Assembly: GCA_036172245.1 (NCBI GenBank)
Contig: JAYWIR010000061.1
Span: forward strand, 434,001 to 498,000
Origin: Raillietiella orientalis
Lineage: Eukaryota
Direction of reading: 5' to 3'
Length of the DNA: 64,000 nt
Part shown: in pieces, positions 11,997 to 24,399 of the stretch
Position numbering within the stretch: position 1 is the first letter of the stretch
Layout of the letters: each line of letters starts with the position of its first letter
Translations under genes and position numbers: made by a program
Notes under the pieces: generated by a model
Told to the model about the DNA's origin: nothing
What the model saw: the letters and a program-made list of their open reading frames with translations, nothing else
Databases searched by the model: none

Positions 11997-13319
11997 CCTC
12001 CTCCCTGAAGCCGAGTTCCGACCTCCCGTGTATCTGCTCGATAGAATGTCGGGAATCGATCTTTCCCATGTAGTTCCCCTCGCGGGCCCGATGGAGAGGC
12101 CCTTGGGGATTCTCGGCCGGTTCGGCTCCTCCGTAACGGCCGTCCCGTGTTTCCTCCTGACGTTTCCCGGAGCACATCAGCCCCTCTGATGGAGTCGGTC
12201 CATATGGGAGTGGTTTACGGCGCTGCGAGCCCCCTCCGCAAAGGCCCTCGACTCTGCTCCCTGGAGCGCCTCCTCGCGCTGCTCAGAGGGACGGAAAAGC
12301 GTTCGGAGGAATCCTGCGGGATGCCCTCGTCTCGTGGGTGGAGGGTCTGTTGGAGTCGTTTCGGGGTCGGGGAGGGGAAACGCCGAACGCTCCCCGTTTC
12401 TCAGGGAACCTCCTCACTCGAAGCTGCCGCAAACCAGGAGGATGCACCGGGCTTAGCATCCCCACGAAGATGACGCATCGTCCGAAACGCAGGGGAGTGG
12501 AGACAACGGGGCGAGGATGCGCTCCAGGTGGGTTCGATCTGCAGTCCCGCTCCCAAGGGAGGGCTCATTTTCTGAGAGAAGTTTTCCTCACTAAAGTAGG
12601 AGTAGGGGGAGGTTCCGGGTCTGCTCTACCGGGACGGGGGTCTCGCATGTGCGCCTCCCTCGGATCGATACCCTTTCTCAGGGACGAACTCTCGAGAGCT
12701 CGGCGGAACTTCCCGGGACTCAAGGGGTAGATCCCATGCGCTTCGCTTCTCTTCACGGACCAGCGGGTCGCGTTGCCACTCCCCTGGGAAACCCACGCGG
12801 ACTCCAGAGCGCCCCCCTTGCAGGGCTCAGTGCCTCTTCGCTCAGTCCCCTCGCTCATTCCTCCCTCTCCTCCCCGCAAAAGCGGAAAAACAAGCACCGC
12901 ACACCTGGATGCTGCTACACGTCCGAAGATCCGACCTGCTTCCCGGAGCGAGGCATCGGGCGCAGCGTTCCTGTGGCGCTTCCCTGCCACTCCCGTTCCT
13001 CCCGCCTGCCTTCCACGGAGGCGGGAAGGGCTGTTCCTCAATGAGGAGGCGCTCCGGGGCTCCCCCCGCCGTTACGCCGTCCGTCGCCCAGGATCTCCGT
13101 CCCGGAAGCAGCGATGCAGCTGACGCGGAAGCTCTCAGTCGTCTCTCCCGGGAGCGATTCCAGCTGATGACTGCATGCTGACGACCGGGCGCGCGCTCGG
13201 CCGACAAAACGGTAGGAACGGTATCCTGCAGCGGCGACGGGATAAGGGGAACGGGGCGGGGCGAAGAGGGAAGAAAGGAGGAAAAAGGGGAGAGGAGGAG
13301 GGAGAGAGGAGGAAGGGAA

Positions 13320-14560
13320 GAGGAAGGGAGGAAGAGGAGGAGGTGGGGTAAGGTCGAAGATTCCGAGACGCTCTCAGGAAAAGAAGCTGGAAGGATCCTC
13401 TCTGCTAGAAAAGCAGCCGGATTGTTTCCAGCCGACTAGGCAGGCTATGAGGTCCTCTGGAATCAATGAGGAGGAGAAGGATCCCTCATCTGACTCCGTT
13501 TTTTGGGAGGAGGGGGAGGAACAAGGGATTGGCAAATGCATCTTCGAGGCTAGGAGGCGGAGGGCAGAGGAAGTTTCCATAGGGACGAGGCAGCAACTAC
13601 CTCTGTTCAACGGGCATCGCAGCATGCTGGAAAAAAGGTGGTGGGGAGCCCCTTCCTTTTGCCTTTCCCTAAAAATGGCTCCTGCAGGGAGACGCGGGAA
13701 CTCGCGAGCGGCAGACCAGGAGAGACGGCGGGACGGTGAAGTTCCTTTGATCTTCGGGATAGGTGCACCACAATCAAACGCCCTCTGGGACCGACCGTTA
13801 CCTCGCCAGGCTCCGGCAGGCGAGGTCGCACGTCTTCTTCGGAGACTGGACCTTCGTGTGGGAAGAGAGAGGCCGAGACGGCAGTTGGGAGGAGTGTCGG
13901 GTAGTCACCCAGCCTTGCCTTCCCCTTCCTTAGAGGACAGAGGCTCTCCTGGGTTTTTCCCAGATGAAACTGCGCCCGTCCGAAGGTCCCGGCAGTCGAA
14001 TCAGAGGAGCCTTCGCTCCGACCTCGGCCCGACCTCCCATCCAGCCCTTAAGGTGAATCCCTCGAGGAGAGTCAAGAAGCGAGCGCTCCCCCCCTTCCTC
14101 CCTCCCTCCCTGCGCTCGGAGGGTGTAAGGGAGCGAATCGCGGACGAATCGCGAATCTTCCCGACGGCATTCCGCGCGCAGATGTGGGGTCCGTCAGTCT
14201 GAGGAAACAAAAAGTCTTTGCGGAGTTCTCTCGCCAGCCGCAGGTTTATCCGAGGAGTTTCCGCCTCGCTGGGGTTCCACAATGCGGCGGCTCGGATGCG
14301 AGCCGCTACCGAAAAGTGGAGCTGTCGGTGGATATCGCGCGCCGCTCCAAAGGACGAGATAGAGCACGAGCGACAGCGGCGGGTCCTCTAGCGCATCGCT
14401 GGTTCCCTTCGCGCGCGATTCCGTTTATGATCCCGATTCCGGAGGAAATGCGCCGTTGCGACCGGAGCCAGCAGCCATTCGTCTTCCCTTTGAAGAGCCT
14501 TCCTAGCAGGCAGCCAGATGCAGTTGCAACACCTCAGGAATCTCAGAACAATAGCAAAAA
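13320..14560 (+). mobile_element. Decayed Gypsy RT-RH fragment; its start (13322-13423) has a diverged copy at 14869-14970
   Basis: RSKIP..KKLEGS, VPLIFGIGAP (MPFGLxNAP), LKVNPSR (LKLNPxK), NKKSLRSSL..RRFIRGVS at ~14206-14262 (KxLRSFLG..RRFIxxFS), CDRSQ (CDAS). Confidence 0.55.
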
Positions 14561-14868
14561 AAAAAAAAAGAGAGGAAGAAGAAGAAAGGGAAGGAAAGGA
14601 GAGGGGTAGACGGTGCCAGAAATGACTGCTGTCTGCGCGCGCGCTGCAAGTCCAGCCAGAAGGCGACGAAAGGTGCGCCCTGAACGTGAGGACGCATGAG
14701 GAGAGCGCCCTTCCCCGCCAGGGCACGGGAAAAGAATATGGCGTCCGCTGCGTCGCAAGCTCACCAGCCAGAACGAGGAGGAGGAAGGAGGAAGGGGTGC
14801 GGAGGAGGAGGAAAGGAGGAGCAGGGTAGAGGAGGAGGATGAGTGATAGCGAAGGAAGAGGAGGAGGA

Positions 14869-14970
14869 GGAAGGGAGGAAGGGTGGAGGTGAGAAAAGGT
14901 CGAAGATTCCAAGTGGCTCTCGGGAAAAGAAGCTGGAAGGATCCTCTCCGCTAGGAAAGCAGCTGGATTG
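14869..14970 (+). repeat. ~100-nt diverged copy of 13322-13423
   Basis: Shared aaggtcgaagattcc...ctctc.ggaaaagaagctggaaggatcctctc.gctag.aaagcagc.ggattg. Confidence 0.8.
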
Positions 14971-15633
14971 AGAAAGCAGCTAGGAACCCTTAGTGGTCGT
15001 CCCCTACTCCCACTATGCGTCCCTCCCTGTTTCTCACATGGAGCTAGACGGGCCAATCTGCCAAACCATCCGTGAGCGAGAAATTTACTGAGGGGCATCT
15101 CTAGTGCTGGATTAGGGGTGACCATCAGGGGGCTGGTGGTTTAGAACGAAGCATGGGGTTCATCCTGGACCAGAAATGGGGTGAGTTCTGTGCTGGCGTC
15201 AGCTGAGAAGGGAAAATTGGTCTCCCGCCTTCGGGTCGAGAGGTCGATACGCATCTGAAATCACCGCATAAAGAAGGAAGAGCCCTCCTGAAAACCCGCA
15301 GGCGGCACTCAGGAAGCGGCGATAAAAGGGAAGCGGGAAAAGTTCCGCAAGCGCGCGCTATACCCTTCGCTTCCGATCCGTAGGTCCACGCGCCCATCGC
15401 GAGCTCACTGAGGTTCCGGGATGCCCCCCAAACGTGGTCCCACAATCGAATCATGCAGGCGATCCAGACGTCCCCGAACCCACGTGCTCACCACCCAGCA
15501 TTGCTGGACGAGAGCTACTGCCGCGCCTGCAGACGATACCCACCGGACTGCGCCGGCTGAGAACCGGCGCCAGCCAGCGAGGCGACCGGGAGCGCAAACG
15601 AAGAGCAGAAGGCCGATTGGCCTTCGGTCCTCC

Positions 15634-16242
15634 TCCCGTGAGGCACCTTCGAACCTGATTCGAAGGGAGGAAGGTGGGAAGGGAAGAAGAAGAGGACAAA
15701 GGGAGAGGAAGAGGAAGGGAAGAGGAGGGCGTCGGAAGGCGCCCCATCCGCGGAGGAGGCAGTGCTGGACGACCTCCTCTTCCGTCAACAGAAGGAGGGT
15801 CAGGAGTTTCGACCTTCGAGTTCGGCCTCCTCTTCGGTGGCACCGCGGGCGCTTCTCCATGCACCTTCGGCAGCTCGATCCTCCGCAGCCTCCTTGGGGC
15901 GATATCCGGGAATTCCCACCGCTTCGGGCACGGACCAGGGTCTCCGATGCTAATGGGCGAGATTCCTCGCATTCCCCGCTGGCGGTGGGAGACGCGGCTG
16001 CCCGGACAGCCGCCGCCCCACGAGCGAGTCCGCAACCTCCAAGCTCCGCGACGCATCCCACCCTCCACCTGACGCTCTCTCCGGGGGTTTCGACTCCCGG
16101 GACCGTTCTTCGGAATCCTCCGCGTTGCATCGGTTGGATTGTTCTTCATGGAAAAGAGGCGCGCTCCTGCTTGGGCAATTTGTATGGGATCCGCTCCAAG
16201 GATCCGTTCGTCAGTTTCGTCTTGCAACCACTCCACCTCCCC
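15634..16242 (+). repeat. Copy 2 of the ~0.62-kb integrase-derived direct duplication
   Basis: Direct sequence identity to 11369-11996. It lacks a 19-nt segment (agagcgttttgaaacagct) present in copy 1. Confidence 0.9.
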
Positions 16243-16245
16243 TGT

Positions 16246-16311
16246 TTCCAGCCGATGCAGTCTAGTAGATATCCTGCATCAGGGATATCTACTGGACTGC
16301 ACCAGCTGGGA
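16246..16311. repeat. Long near-perfect inverted repeat (hairpin)
   Basis: tgcagtctagtagatatcc (16256-16274) pairs with ggatatctactggactgca (16283-16301): 19 bp with one G-T, 8-nt loop. It is extended by ccagc/gctgg. Confidence 0.9.
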
Positions 16312-16413
16312 GCATCCTACATGAACCTCTGCATCCGACACACCGGAAACACTGGAAGCAGCGATATTCCATGAAGCACACTCGGAGTCCCAGTCGCGGA
16401 AATTTCCGGTGCC

Positions 16414-16451
16414 GGTTTAAACCCGTGGTCAGCAGGCCACGGGTTTAAACC
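16414..16451. repeat. Perfect 15-bp inverted repeat, each arm containing the palindrome GGTTTAAACC
   Basis: ggtttaaacccgtgg - tcagcagg - ccacgggtttaaacc. Confidence 0.9.
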
Positions 16452-16734
16452 ACGGCAGTGGACCCACCAGGCAGCGCCTCTATCCCATTGAGGTGTTCCC
16501 TCATCCTTGAACGTCACTCTCTCGCGTTCGCTTATTCCGCGACAAGGAAACGAAAAGCGCGCGCACAGCAACGCCTGGTGCTAAATTAGTGCTTCTGGTA
16601 ATGAGGACGATGGCGCTGACCACGAAGAAACGCGCCGAAGCATCCCGGAAACGAAAAGGGCATTCTCCTTATAAGCGCTTGGTGTCCGAGAGCAACGGTC
16701 GCGCCTTTGGAAAGGAAGGGATGTTTGGGAGGAG

Positions 16735-17400
16735 GTGGAATGTGGCCGGCAGCTCCGCCGAACCAAAGGGCAGTCCGATCTGACTACGATGGCCGTGTGT
16801 GCCCCTCTTGTCGAGAGTGGCCAGCGAGGGCTGAAGGCGTTCAGCGGCGGGACCGAAACCGGCGTCCTCCTCCAGGAGCGAGGCTGTCGGCGGACCACCA
16901 CGATCCTCCGAATGCCCGAAGGACAAGTGCCACGACCTTTCCTTGTCGTTGCTTTGTTCACAGACACCGAGGTCACTCGACCTCGGTCCTTGCGGACAGT
17001 AGCGTCTGATAGATCGATCCGCGGAACGGCGAAGGCGGGAGGACGCCTCCCGCCTCCTCACCGCGCTGAGCGGGTGGTCTCCTGCCCTCTCCTTCGAGTC
17101 TGGAAGGCCCGAGGAGTCTCGAATGGGCGCCTTCTTCGATCCCAGCTGCTGGAGCCGCCATGCGTAGCCGCCGAAGGTGAGTGGCGGAGCCTCCAAGAGC
17201 GCGCTCAGAGGAGAGTCCCATCAGGAGTGTTTCCATCCCGTTCCTCGAAAGTTCAAGTGTTCCACATCCCTCATCATCCGGTGATCCGAGGGTGGACCCT
17301 CGAAGCACGAACGATTCCCTTTACTATCAAGGGAGAAAGGCTGGTAGGCAAGAATGCCAGAGTTCTTTAGCCCATCAGGAAAGACTGTTTTCCTCGAAAG
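16735..17400 (+). mobile_element. Decayed Gypsy integrase in an open frame
   Basis: ORF 16735-17370: ALFTDTEV, RTVASDRSIR (IVSDRDxR), VWKARGVS, FHIPHHPVIRGWT (YNxxxHxSxGxTP). Confidence 0.45.
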
Positions 17401-18119
17401 TCATCGGCTGGAGGCGGCAGCAGCAGTTCTAATTGTTGTAATTTCTTCATCTGTGAGGCGTTCTCTTTCGGGAAATTCAAAGGTGGGAACTCTACCGATG
17501 ACACCAGCTTGGAATCATTGCAGACACGACTTCCAGAAGGTAGCTAGATGACTTCTCTCCCTTGAGCGAGGGGAGGGGGACAGGAGCCGTTTTTCAGAGG
17601 AAGTGGTTGCTTCGGATCACCACCAGTTCCTGTCCTGCCACGGCAGAAACAAGCGGAAGCGCTGCGGTGAAAACCAAATGTGGCCCAGCTAAGAGCGCGG
17701 AAACGAGGCTCCGTTTTTCTCGCGAGGCAGTCGAACCTCGAAGCGCGCGTCGCGCATGCGGAACTGGCGTTCGTCGGGTGCAGGAGGGAGGCAGCCGCGG
17801 CGCTGCACGGATGCGCCTCGGGTCTGCCTCCTCCCTCCCTGCGACTCGAGGTCAGCATGCCTGCACTGGAGGGTGCCGACGGACAGGGTCAGTTCATCTC
17901 GCCGAGTCGGCGCGCGTGCCGCGCAGCATCCGAGGGCCCTGCTTCTCCTCCCGTGCAACGGTTACGCGCACGAGAGGGGAGCCCGGGAGTCCTTCCGCGG
18001 TACCCTCGCTTTCTCCGGAGGCTGCGGAGTCTGTGCTGGCTGCCGATGGGGGATTTACGACTGCCGGCTATTCAGCCACGGTAAGGAGGCGGACTATTTG
18101 GCGGCGGGGCAATACCCAT

Positions 18120-18240
18120 GATTAACTGTAATAATAACCGGGATGAGCAGGAACGCTCCCTTTTATAGTGAGACCAATCTGCTTTCAGACGAGTGCAATG
18201 ATTTATTTGTTTGCACTGCAGCTGGATTCTGATTGGTCGA
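18120..18240 (-). promoter_or_regulatory. Pol II core promoter-like island (CCAAT boxes, TATA box, Inr-like site)
   Basis: AT-rich island with CCAATC at 18236-18231, an inverted CCAAT at 18174-18178, TATAAAAG at 18167-18160, and an Inr-like TTATT whose A lies 32 nt after the TATA start. An NRF1/Ewg-like TGCGCATGCG lies near 18533. Confidence 0.5.
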
Positions 18241-19749
18241 TCGAAAATTCCGAAGCGGATCTCTGTGAGAAGATGAAGGGAATATCTGCGGGTGTACGGG
18301 GATCGGGAGGAACCCGGACTCGTGAAGGGGAGCACGCACGCAGAGCCGTGGCACGGAAAGGACTGCCGTATGCCACGTGAAAAAAAATGGAGTACGCCTC
18401 CTCTCCCTCCTTCCCGGTACGACAGGTGCGTGGGCCTCCTCTCCCCCTCGTGCTCAAACAGGGCATGTCCCCCGGTTCGAGTGAGAAGAGACCCCTTCTT
18501 CGCGGCAACCTTCGACTATATGCCTTTCGCCGTGCGCATGCGTGCTTGGAGGTTCAGACGCCTCGCGATGCGCGGTGCTCGCGCGGGCTGATCTTTGTTT
18601 TTTAAAGGATCCCTCAGTCGGACCGATGAAAGGTCTCTCTCCATTTTGAAGAATTTTATTTTTTTTTCTAAGAACTCTTTGCCATTGGTTGGACGAAGCG
18701 ACCCGGTCTCGAAGGGGAGATGGTGAACATGAGAGGCACGCTTGAGCGACCGAGGAGATCCGGAAATGCTCCCACGTCTGAGAGTACTGTAGCAGCGCCG
18801 ACAGGCGCGAGAGGAAATCTCAGAAAACTCGAAGAGAACGTCTGTGGCGTGATGCGCTGGATCTAGGATCTCCTGTCTCTATGACTCCGAGAAGCACCTG
18901 CACGAACGAGAACGGGACGCGGCAAGGCGGGACGGCGATCCCGTAGCAAGGAGCGAACACGATCTCTGTCGGCGTAAAACCACGCAGAATTTCTTCCCTC
19001 CCCTCCTCCTCCCCCCCCCTCTTTTTTTTTTCCACGAAACTTTTCGCTCTGAGAGCGCGGATGCTGTGTGCAGGGCGAGACGAAAGCAGTCTGCGGGGAA
19101 CGGACGCAGCGAGCCCTCCCCCTTCCCTGCTGATGAGGCTCCGAAGGTCCTTCTCCGCCGCTCGAAGAGGAAAATGCTCGCAGGCTCTGCGAGGTCTGGA
19201 TTTCCCACCTGCTTCTCCTGATCTTTCTCCCCCGCTTCGGAACGGCCCGGGTCGAACCTCGAGCCGTCGCCAAGCGCCAATCTACTCTTTTTCCATCGTG
19301 CTGCAACTCCGAGACCAGCGGATAAAAGAAAAAGAGAAGACACGAGCGTTTCAGAATTTTAAGCGCGATGTAGCCATCGGTCGCTTATTGCTGGAGGTGC
19401 TGAGGCCGATAAAGGCAAGGAGAAGAGAAAGGGAACGTCCATCTCTCTGTCGAAAGCGATCCTTTCCGGATTTCCTTCTTGCGACGTCTCCAAGTCGCAG
19501 TTCCTTGGGCTGTTAGGAGCTTTCCCGTCAAAGATCGGGAAAGGGAAGCTCAAAGAGTGGAAAATAAATGATGGTGATTCCGAGGTAGCCACCGATGAAG
19601 AAAGAGGGAAGCCTGCTTAGTAACCTTTGAGGAATTTTCACGCAAGCTCACGCAGGCTTCCTCCTCCAGCAGGCGCGCAGAAGACACGGCAAGAAGCGAT
19701 GGAAGATGCGCTGTCCCCCGGAAAATTGTAGTTTCTGTAGGGGCCGAAA

Positions 19750-21700
19750 CCTACGGCTCAGAGTTCATCAGAAGCTTCCATCAGGACAGGGATCGAACCG
19801 GACACACGCAGCTTTTGCGCACAAGGACAGACCGCTGCAAACAAGTGGCGCTGCTCTCCAACTGAGCGGTTGCAGAAAGTGCTTTCCGGATGCTCCCATC
19901 GGCCAGCTGCTTCAGGACGATGCTGAGCGGGTGCCATGCTCAGAACCGGATGTACAAGGTCACTGGGGAGCTTTCTTCGCCGCGACCGTAGAGTGCGACT
20001 TTTCCTCGTAGGGAGGTCATTGAGAGTCTCATTCTCTGCATTCTTACCAGGGGAGTAATCAGGGTTAAGCCCCAGGGGCTTTTAGGCAAAGCTGCGGAAC
20101 AAACCTTCCGAACGTTGGCACATCCCAAATCAAACTCAAGAAGTGGTTCTCTCAGGAATCTCCCGGGTTGTTTCGGTCGACCTTGAGGATCTGCCAGGAT
20201 GACCAGGGTGAAGCAAGACAGCCAAGCAGAAGGGTCCCCCACGGTAAGACGCGGCAACAGAATGAGCCTCATGCACTTCTTACCAAGGAATGGCACGTAC
20301 TCTCCCTGAGCTAACCTCGACCCCGAGCGAAACGCCCTCGGGCGTCCGCTTGCACGGACAGTCCGGCCGAAGAGGATTTCGCGGAGACCACGAGGCGGTG
20401 AGTTTCACCCTTTCCCAAGATAGATGGAGGGTGAGGTGGCACACCTCCTCCGCCTTCTGATTCCCACGAAGGGAGTCGCAGAAGAAAAAAGGTCGCCGTG
20501 AACGCGAATAAGAAATGCTTTTACAGGATCCGTCTCGAGAGGCGGCCTTGATCCTCAAGCGGGTCGCAGGTCGTCAAGGCGGATCGTTTACGCGATCGTC
20601 TCGCAGTCGCTCTGCCACCCTGGAACCTCCCCCCTGGATCTTGGCAACCTGCTCGGAGGAGGCATGTTCACCCGCGTCCTCCTCCCTTAGGTGAACAGAG
20701 AAAGAACGGCACACGCAAACATTGGTGGCGCTTTCCCTCTCGTGAGGTCGCCAAGGAGAACCGCGCGCCGACGGCTTTCTAGGAGCCGCTCTCTTGTAGG
20801 AACTGAGTCTGCTTCTCTCTCGCTTCTGCTTCCCTAGACCCCCCGTTCCTGCCTTCCATCTTGGATCATCCCGTTCGTCTCAGTGAATCCCTCTTAAGCG
20901 GGTGCTCACAGCGCTTCCCAATGCTCCCGTTGTTTTTGTCTTGGAGCGCAGACGGAGGAACAGACCATCAAGCGTTCGGGAATCCACCATGGCCAATGCA
21001 GAAAAAAGAGGACGGAGGAAGGAGAAACGCCGCCGACCTCTCCGATGCTCTTCCTTCGTGAGTGTTTCCCTTGCGGGTAGGAAGGGGAGTTCTCGGAATC
21101 GATTCGGGAGCGCGGATGGCCGTGGAGCCCGCGAAGAGGACGAAACGCCGCGGAAGTGGCGGGCGGAGTATTGAACACTGGGAAGGACGCAGGGGTATAA
21201 TCCGGGAGGTGTCCTTCTGAAGCGCTGTTTTTTCCGCACGCGGAAAAATCCCTGTTCGGTACTCTTTTCGCATTTCCCTGAGAGATCCTTTGAGAGCAGT
21301 TCCACTTGAGCTAAGCAGTGGGAGCCAAACCCACAGTTCCCCCCTTCCGTTTTGGGGCTAACGGGAGACCAGCGCGGAGCGTTCCCAATTTCCAAACGCT
21401 GCATTGCATTACCTCCCAAGACGAAGGTGCCCGAAGATGGGCGCCATGGAGACCCAACAGTTCTCAGCTGGCCCCAGGGCGAAAGCGATTTTCGTAGCGC
21501 AATTTCTGCATACCGAACCCTTGGGAGAGCATGACTAACGTCCGTCTCCTCTGGTCTCCTTGGAGACGCAGACCGAGTTTCAATCCGGTCCCTAAATGGA
21601 GAACGGAATGGAGCTTCCGTAGTTTTTCTTGCGCTCTGTACTCGCCAGAAGACCAAGGAGCCTCGATCAAGCTCACCCGCCCATGTGGGGGGTGGGTGGC
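19750..21700 (-). mobile_element. Decayed Gypsy RT-RH fragment interrupted by other sequence
   Basis: LHSVLHLGTGLKL (LxxVL..GLKL), QLRT/LLGLHG (LRSFLGLxG), FTLVILADPQ (FTVxTDH), GRFLREPLLEFDL (GRLxRW..LxEFD). Confidence 0.5.
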
Positions 21701-23139
21701 GCTTTTCCGCCAGCAGCGTCATTGGCAGCAGCCTCTGCAGAGCAGCTGCAGCGAAGAACGTGGCGACTCCCTCGCCAACAACATTCGAAATTGCTGCAGT
21801 CCTGCTGGTGGGGTTTCGAGCTAGTTCCGCTGACCGTTGGTGCACGCCGAGCTTCGAGGGTGACGCGGAGAGCATCTCGGAAACTCCCTCTCCCCTTCCT
21901 CCCTTCCTCGGTGTGTGAGAAACCCTCCTTTCCTTAGCATGGGAACCGAGCCGTCTCCTGAGACAGCTATGAGAGCGCACGAACACCGGAGGCGGGAGAT
22001 GGAACTTTGGGTGCGCGAGTTCCGCAGGCTTCCGGATCGAGTCAGGTGACCTTGCAGGTTCGGAGGAGGTTCCTTCGGAAAAGAACGCCTGATCTTCCCT
22101 GAGCGTCGAGTCCGTGGAAAAGCGGCGTTTCGCGGACCTGAGCTCCTGTCGACAACCCCTGGCAGTCGGAGGAGACCCTCGCTCTCCTCCCCGGCCGTCT
22201 CTGCAAACAACAAGCGGTGTACGAAGCCCCGAGATGACCGCTCGCTTCGCCCAGCGCGAGTTTCATCCCGTCCCCTGGACCCCTCGATCGGATACCTTCA
22301 CGTTTCGCAGGGGAAAAGAGGAGGAGGAGCAGGAACGGGGGAGAAGGAGGAGGGGAGGACCTGTCTCAGGAAGAGAATTAACTATCCGCGGTTCTCTGGT
22401 AGAACAGACGGGAGGAGCCGGGATTCCTCCCGAACAATGGTTGGAGCTCGCAGGTAGCTTTTCGAACAGAGGAGGGAGCGTCGCTCGCCAAAGAGGGAAT
22501 CGATTCTTCTTAGGATGAACCCCTGCGACCTCTCCTGAAATGCTTCGAATCGCCCGCCTTTTCTCCCGCTCCGCCCTCTCCCAGTCCGTCGCTGCCCTTC
22601 CTAGATTGACCTGCCTTCTTCCCTGCTGCAAATGCCCCTCGCCCATGCTTCTATCCCTGAGCATTTGCGTGAGCTGCGAGCTTGGCGCCTGAGGGGAGAA
22701 GGAAGCTACGAGACGTGGGAGGTCGCGTGCCGAACCGGATCCCTCTCGTCTGCGACATCCCGTCGAAATGGACGTACCGGGTGAGCAGCCTGGAGGTCCC
22801 GCGAGCGCAGCATCTCTCGGAGCTGGGCGTTCCGTGTGACCGAGACGCCTGTCCAGTACGACGCGTTGTTGCGGTCCTGCCGTTGGAAAGGGGGGACTGA
22901 AAACGAGGGAGCGCGTGCCTGAGAGGTTTCCGTGCTCCTCCGTCTCCGGATGTCGCTGGCGTCGCTCGCGCGCCTGCGATCTTCCCCGTTGCGTTGATGG
23001 GCCGGCGGTTCTCCCGGTCGGGGAGAAGCCGCACGGCTGCCGCGCGTTCCTTCCGAATGAACGGGGAGAGCCGGAAATTCACAGCTCGCCGTGATGAGGG
23101 GTTTTTCGTGCGGGAGGACGGAGTCCACTCGAGAGAGGG

Positions 23140-23800
23140 CCGTCAAGGAGAAGGCAAGACCACTTTCCTCGTCTCCTACTGGACAGGTCGATTTTTCCGG
23201 AAACTCGGGATGGACCAAGCCGTGTTCAAAAATCCCATTACCATGAAACGACCCTCCTCCACATCACCGCTCCAGGATCTCGCTGGCATGCTTGCTCTCA
23301 CCGCTAAGATGCACACCGACAGCGGCTTCGGACGAGCTCACGCGCTGACCCTTCCGCATTAGCCGTCGCAAGCGTTCATCACCTGCTCCATCAAACCCAA
23401 GGAAGCTGCCAGAGGCAAAGCTGGAAGAAGCGTTCCTTCCCCCCTGTTTGGGTAAGGTCTGCGGACCTCTAGGACCACCCGTTTCAAGGACCGGTCCCTC
23501 CATCAGCAGAGCCGATGCTCAGGTCTTAGAGACTTCCGCTGTTGCCTCCGTCCTGGTGCCCAGGGCAATTAACGCCTTCGCCTGAGATCTGACGAAGTGC
23601 AGCATCGAGTGCAGCAACCCAACCCAGTTACCCTCGTCAAAAGTAGTCAATCGGAGGAGCTCACGGATTTGACTGTCGGAGCTTCGAGGCTCAAGCAAGC
23701 CGGAATTCTCAACCATTTCAAGCTTGAGGATAGGCCGACGGTCCCAAGGGCTGCACGGCCATCTCTCTACCGGTCAAGCCCATCGGGTTGTGAGCGATGG
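23140..23800 (+). mobile_element. Decayed Gypsy RT-RH fragment
   Basis: KTTFLVSYWTGRF..FKNPITMKR (KTAF..G..LKNAPxTFQR), LGPPVSRTG (LGHxVSxxG), LTVGAS..AGILNH..EDRPT..AAR (LxTDAS..GAVL..RPVAYASR). Confidence 0.6.
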
Positions 23801-24399
23801 GGTGCCGGCGTCCATTCGTTAACCTCTCGTTCGGTTTGAGTCGATGGCACGCAACACTCCCAAACGCACGCCGTCGCCTGGATAGGCTCAGGGAGAGAAT
23901 CAGGTGCAGAGCGCTCACAGAAAGGGAAGCAGGACGTCGTCCATTCTCAGAGAGGGATGCCTGCAGCGACTCCGTAAAATGCTACAGGCGAGCTCTCCAC
24001 GCGCGGCGTCCCTTGCGGTCGTGCGCGCCGGACGCTCGACCGCAACCGAGTGACACGAAGCGCAAGTAAAAGATATGCCGGGAGGTTTCCAGGGGAACCT
24101 TTCCTTCCCCGCGCCTCCTCCCTGACCAGATGAGGTCTCCAGCAGCCTCTGATAGGATGCTTACGGCGTTTTTTCAAATGAAAGCAGATGTTCTCGGCGC
24201 ATCGTTGCCGGATTATGGGATGAGCGATTCCCGATCAGTCGACTCCCCTCTGGATCATAAGACGCTTACGTCAGCTGTTCCTCATTGCTTCTTATTCGTT
24301 ATGGATCATTTGATAGTCTTCATCTCCCCTCCCCCGTCCAGAAAAAAAAACAAGCAGAGAAAACGACCAACACATCTGCATGTGAAATAATTTGTAAAG

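Noticed and set aside
11369..16242. LTR pair of a TRIM or LARD element
   Set aside because: The repeats translate to integrase motifs, homology extends past the TG/CA candidates, and there is no PBS or target-site duplication.
19120..19185. Hammerhead at CTGATGAG
   Set aside because: Stems II and III cannot be formed around a GAAA.
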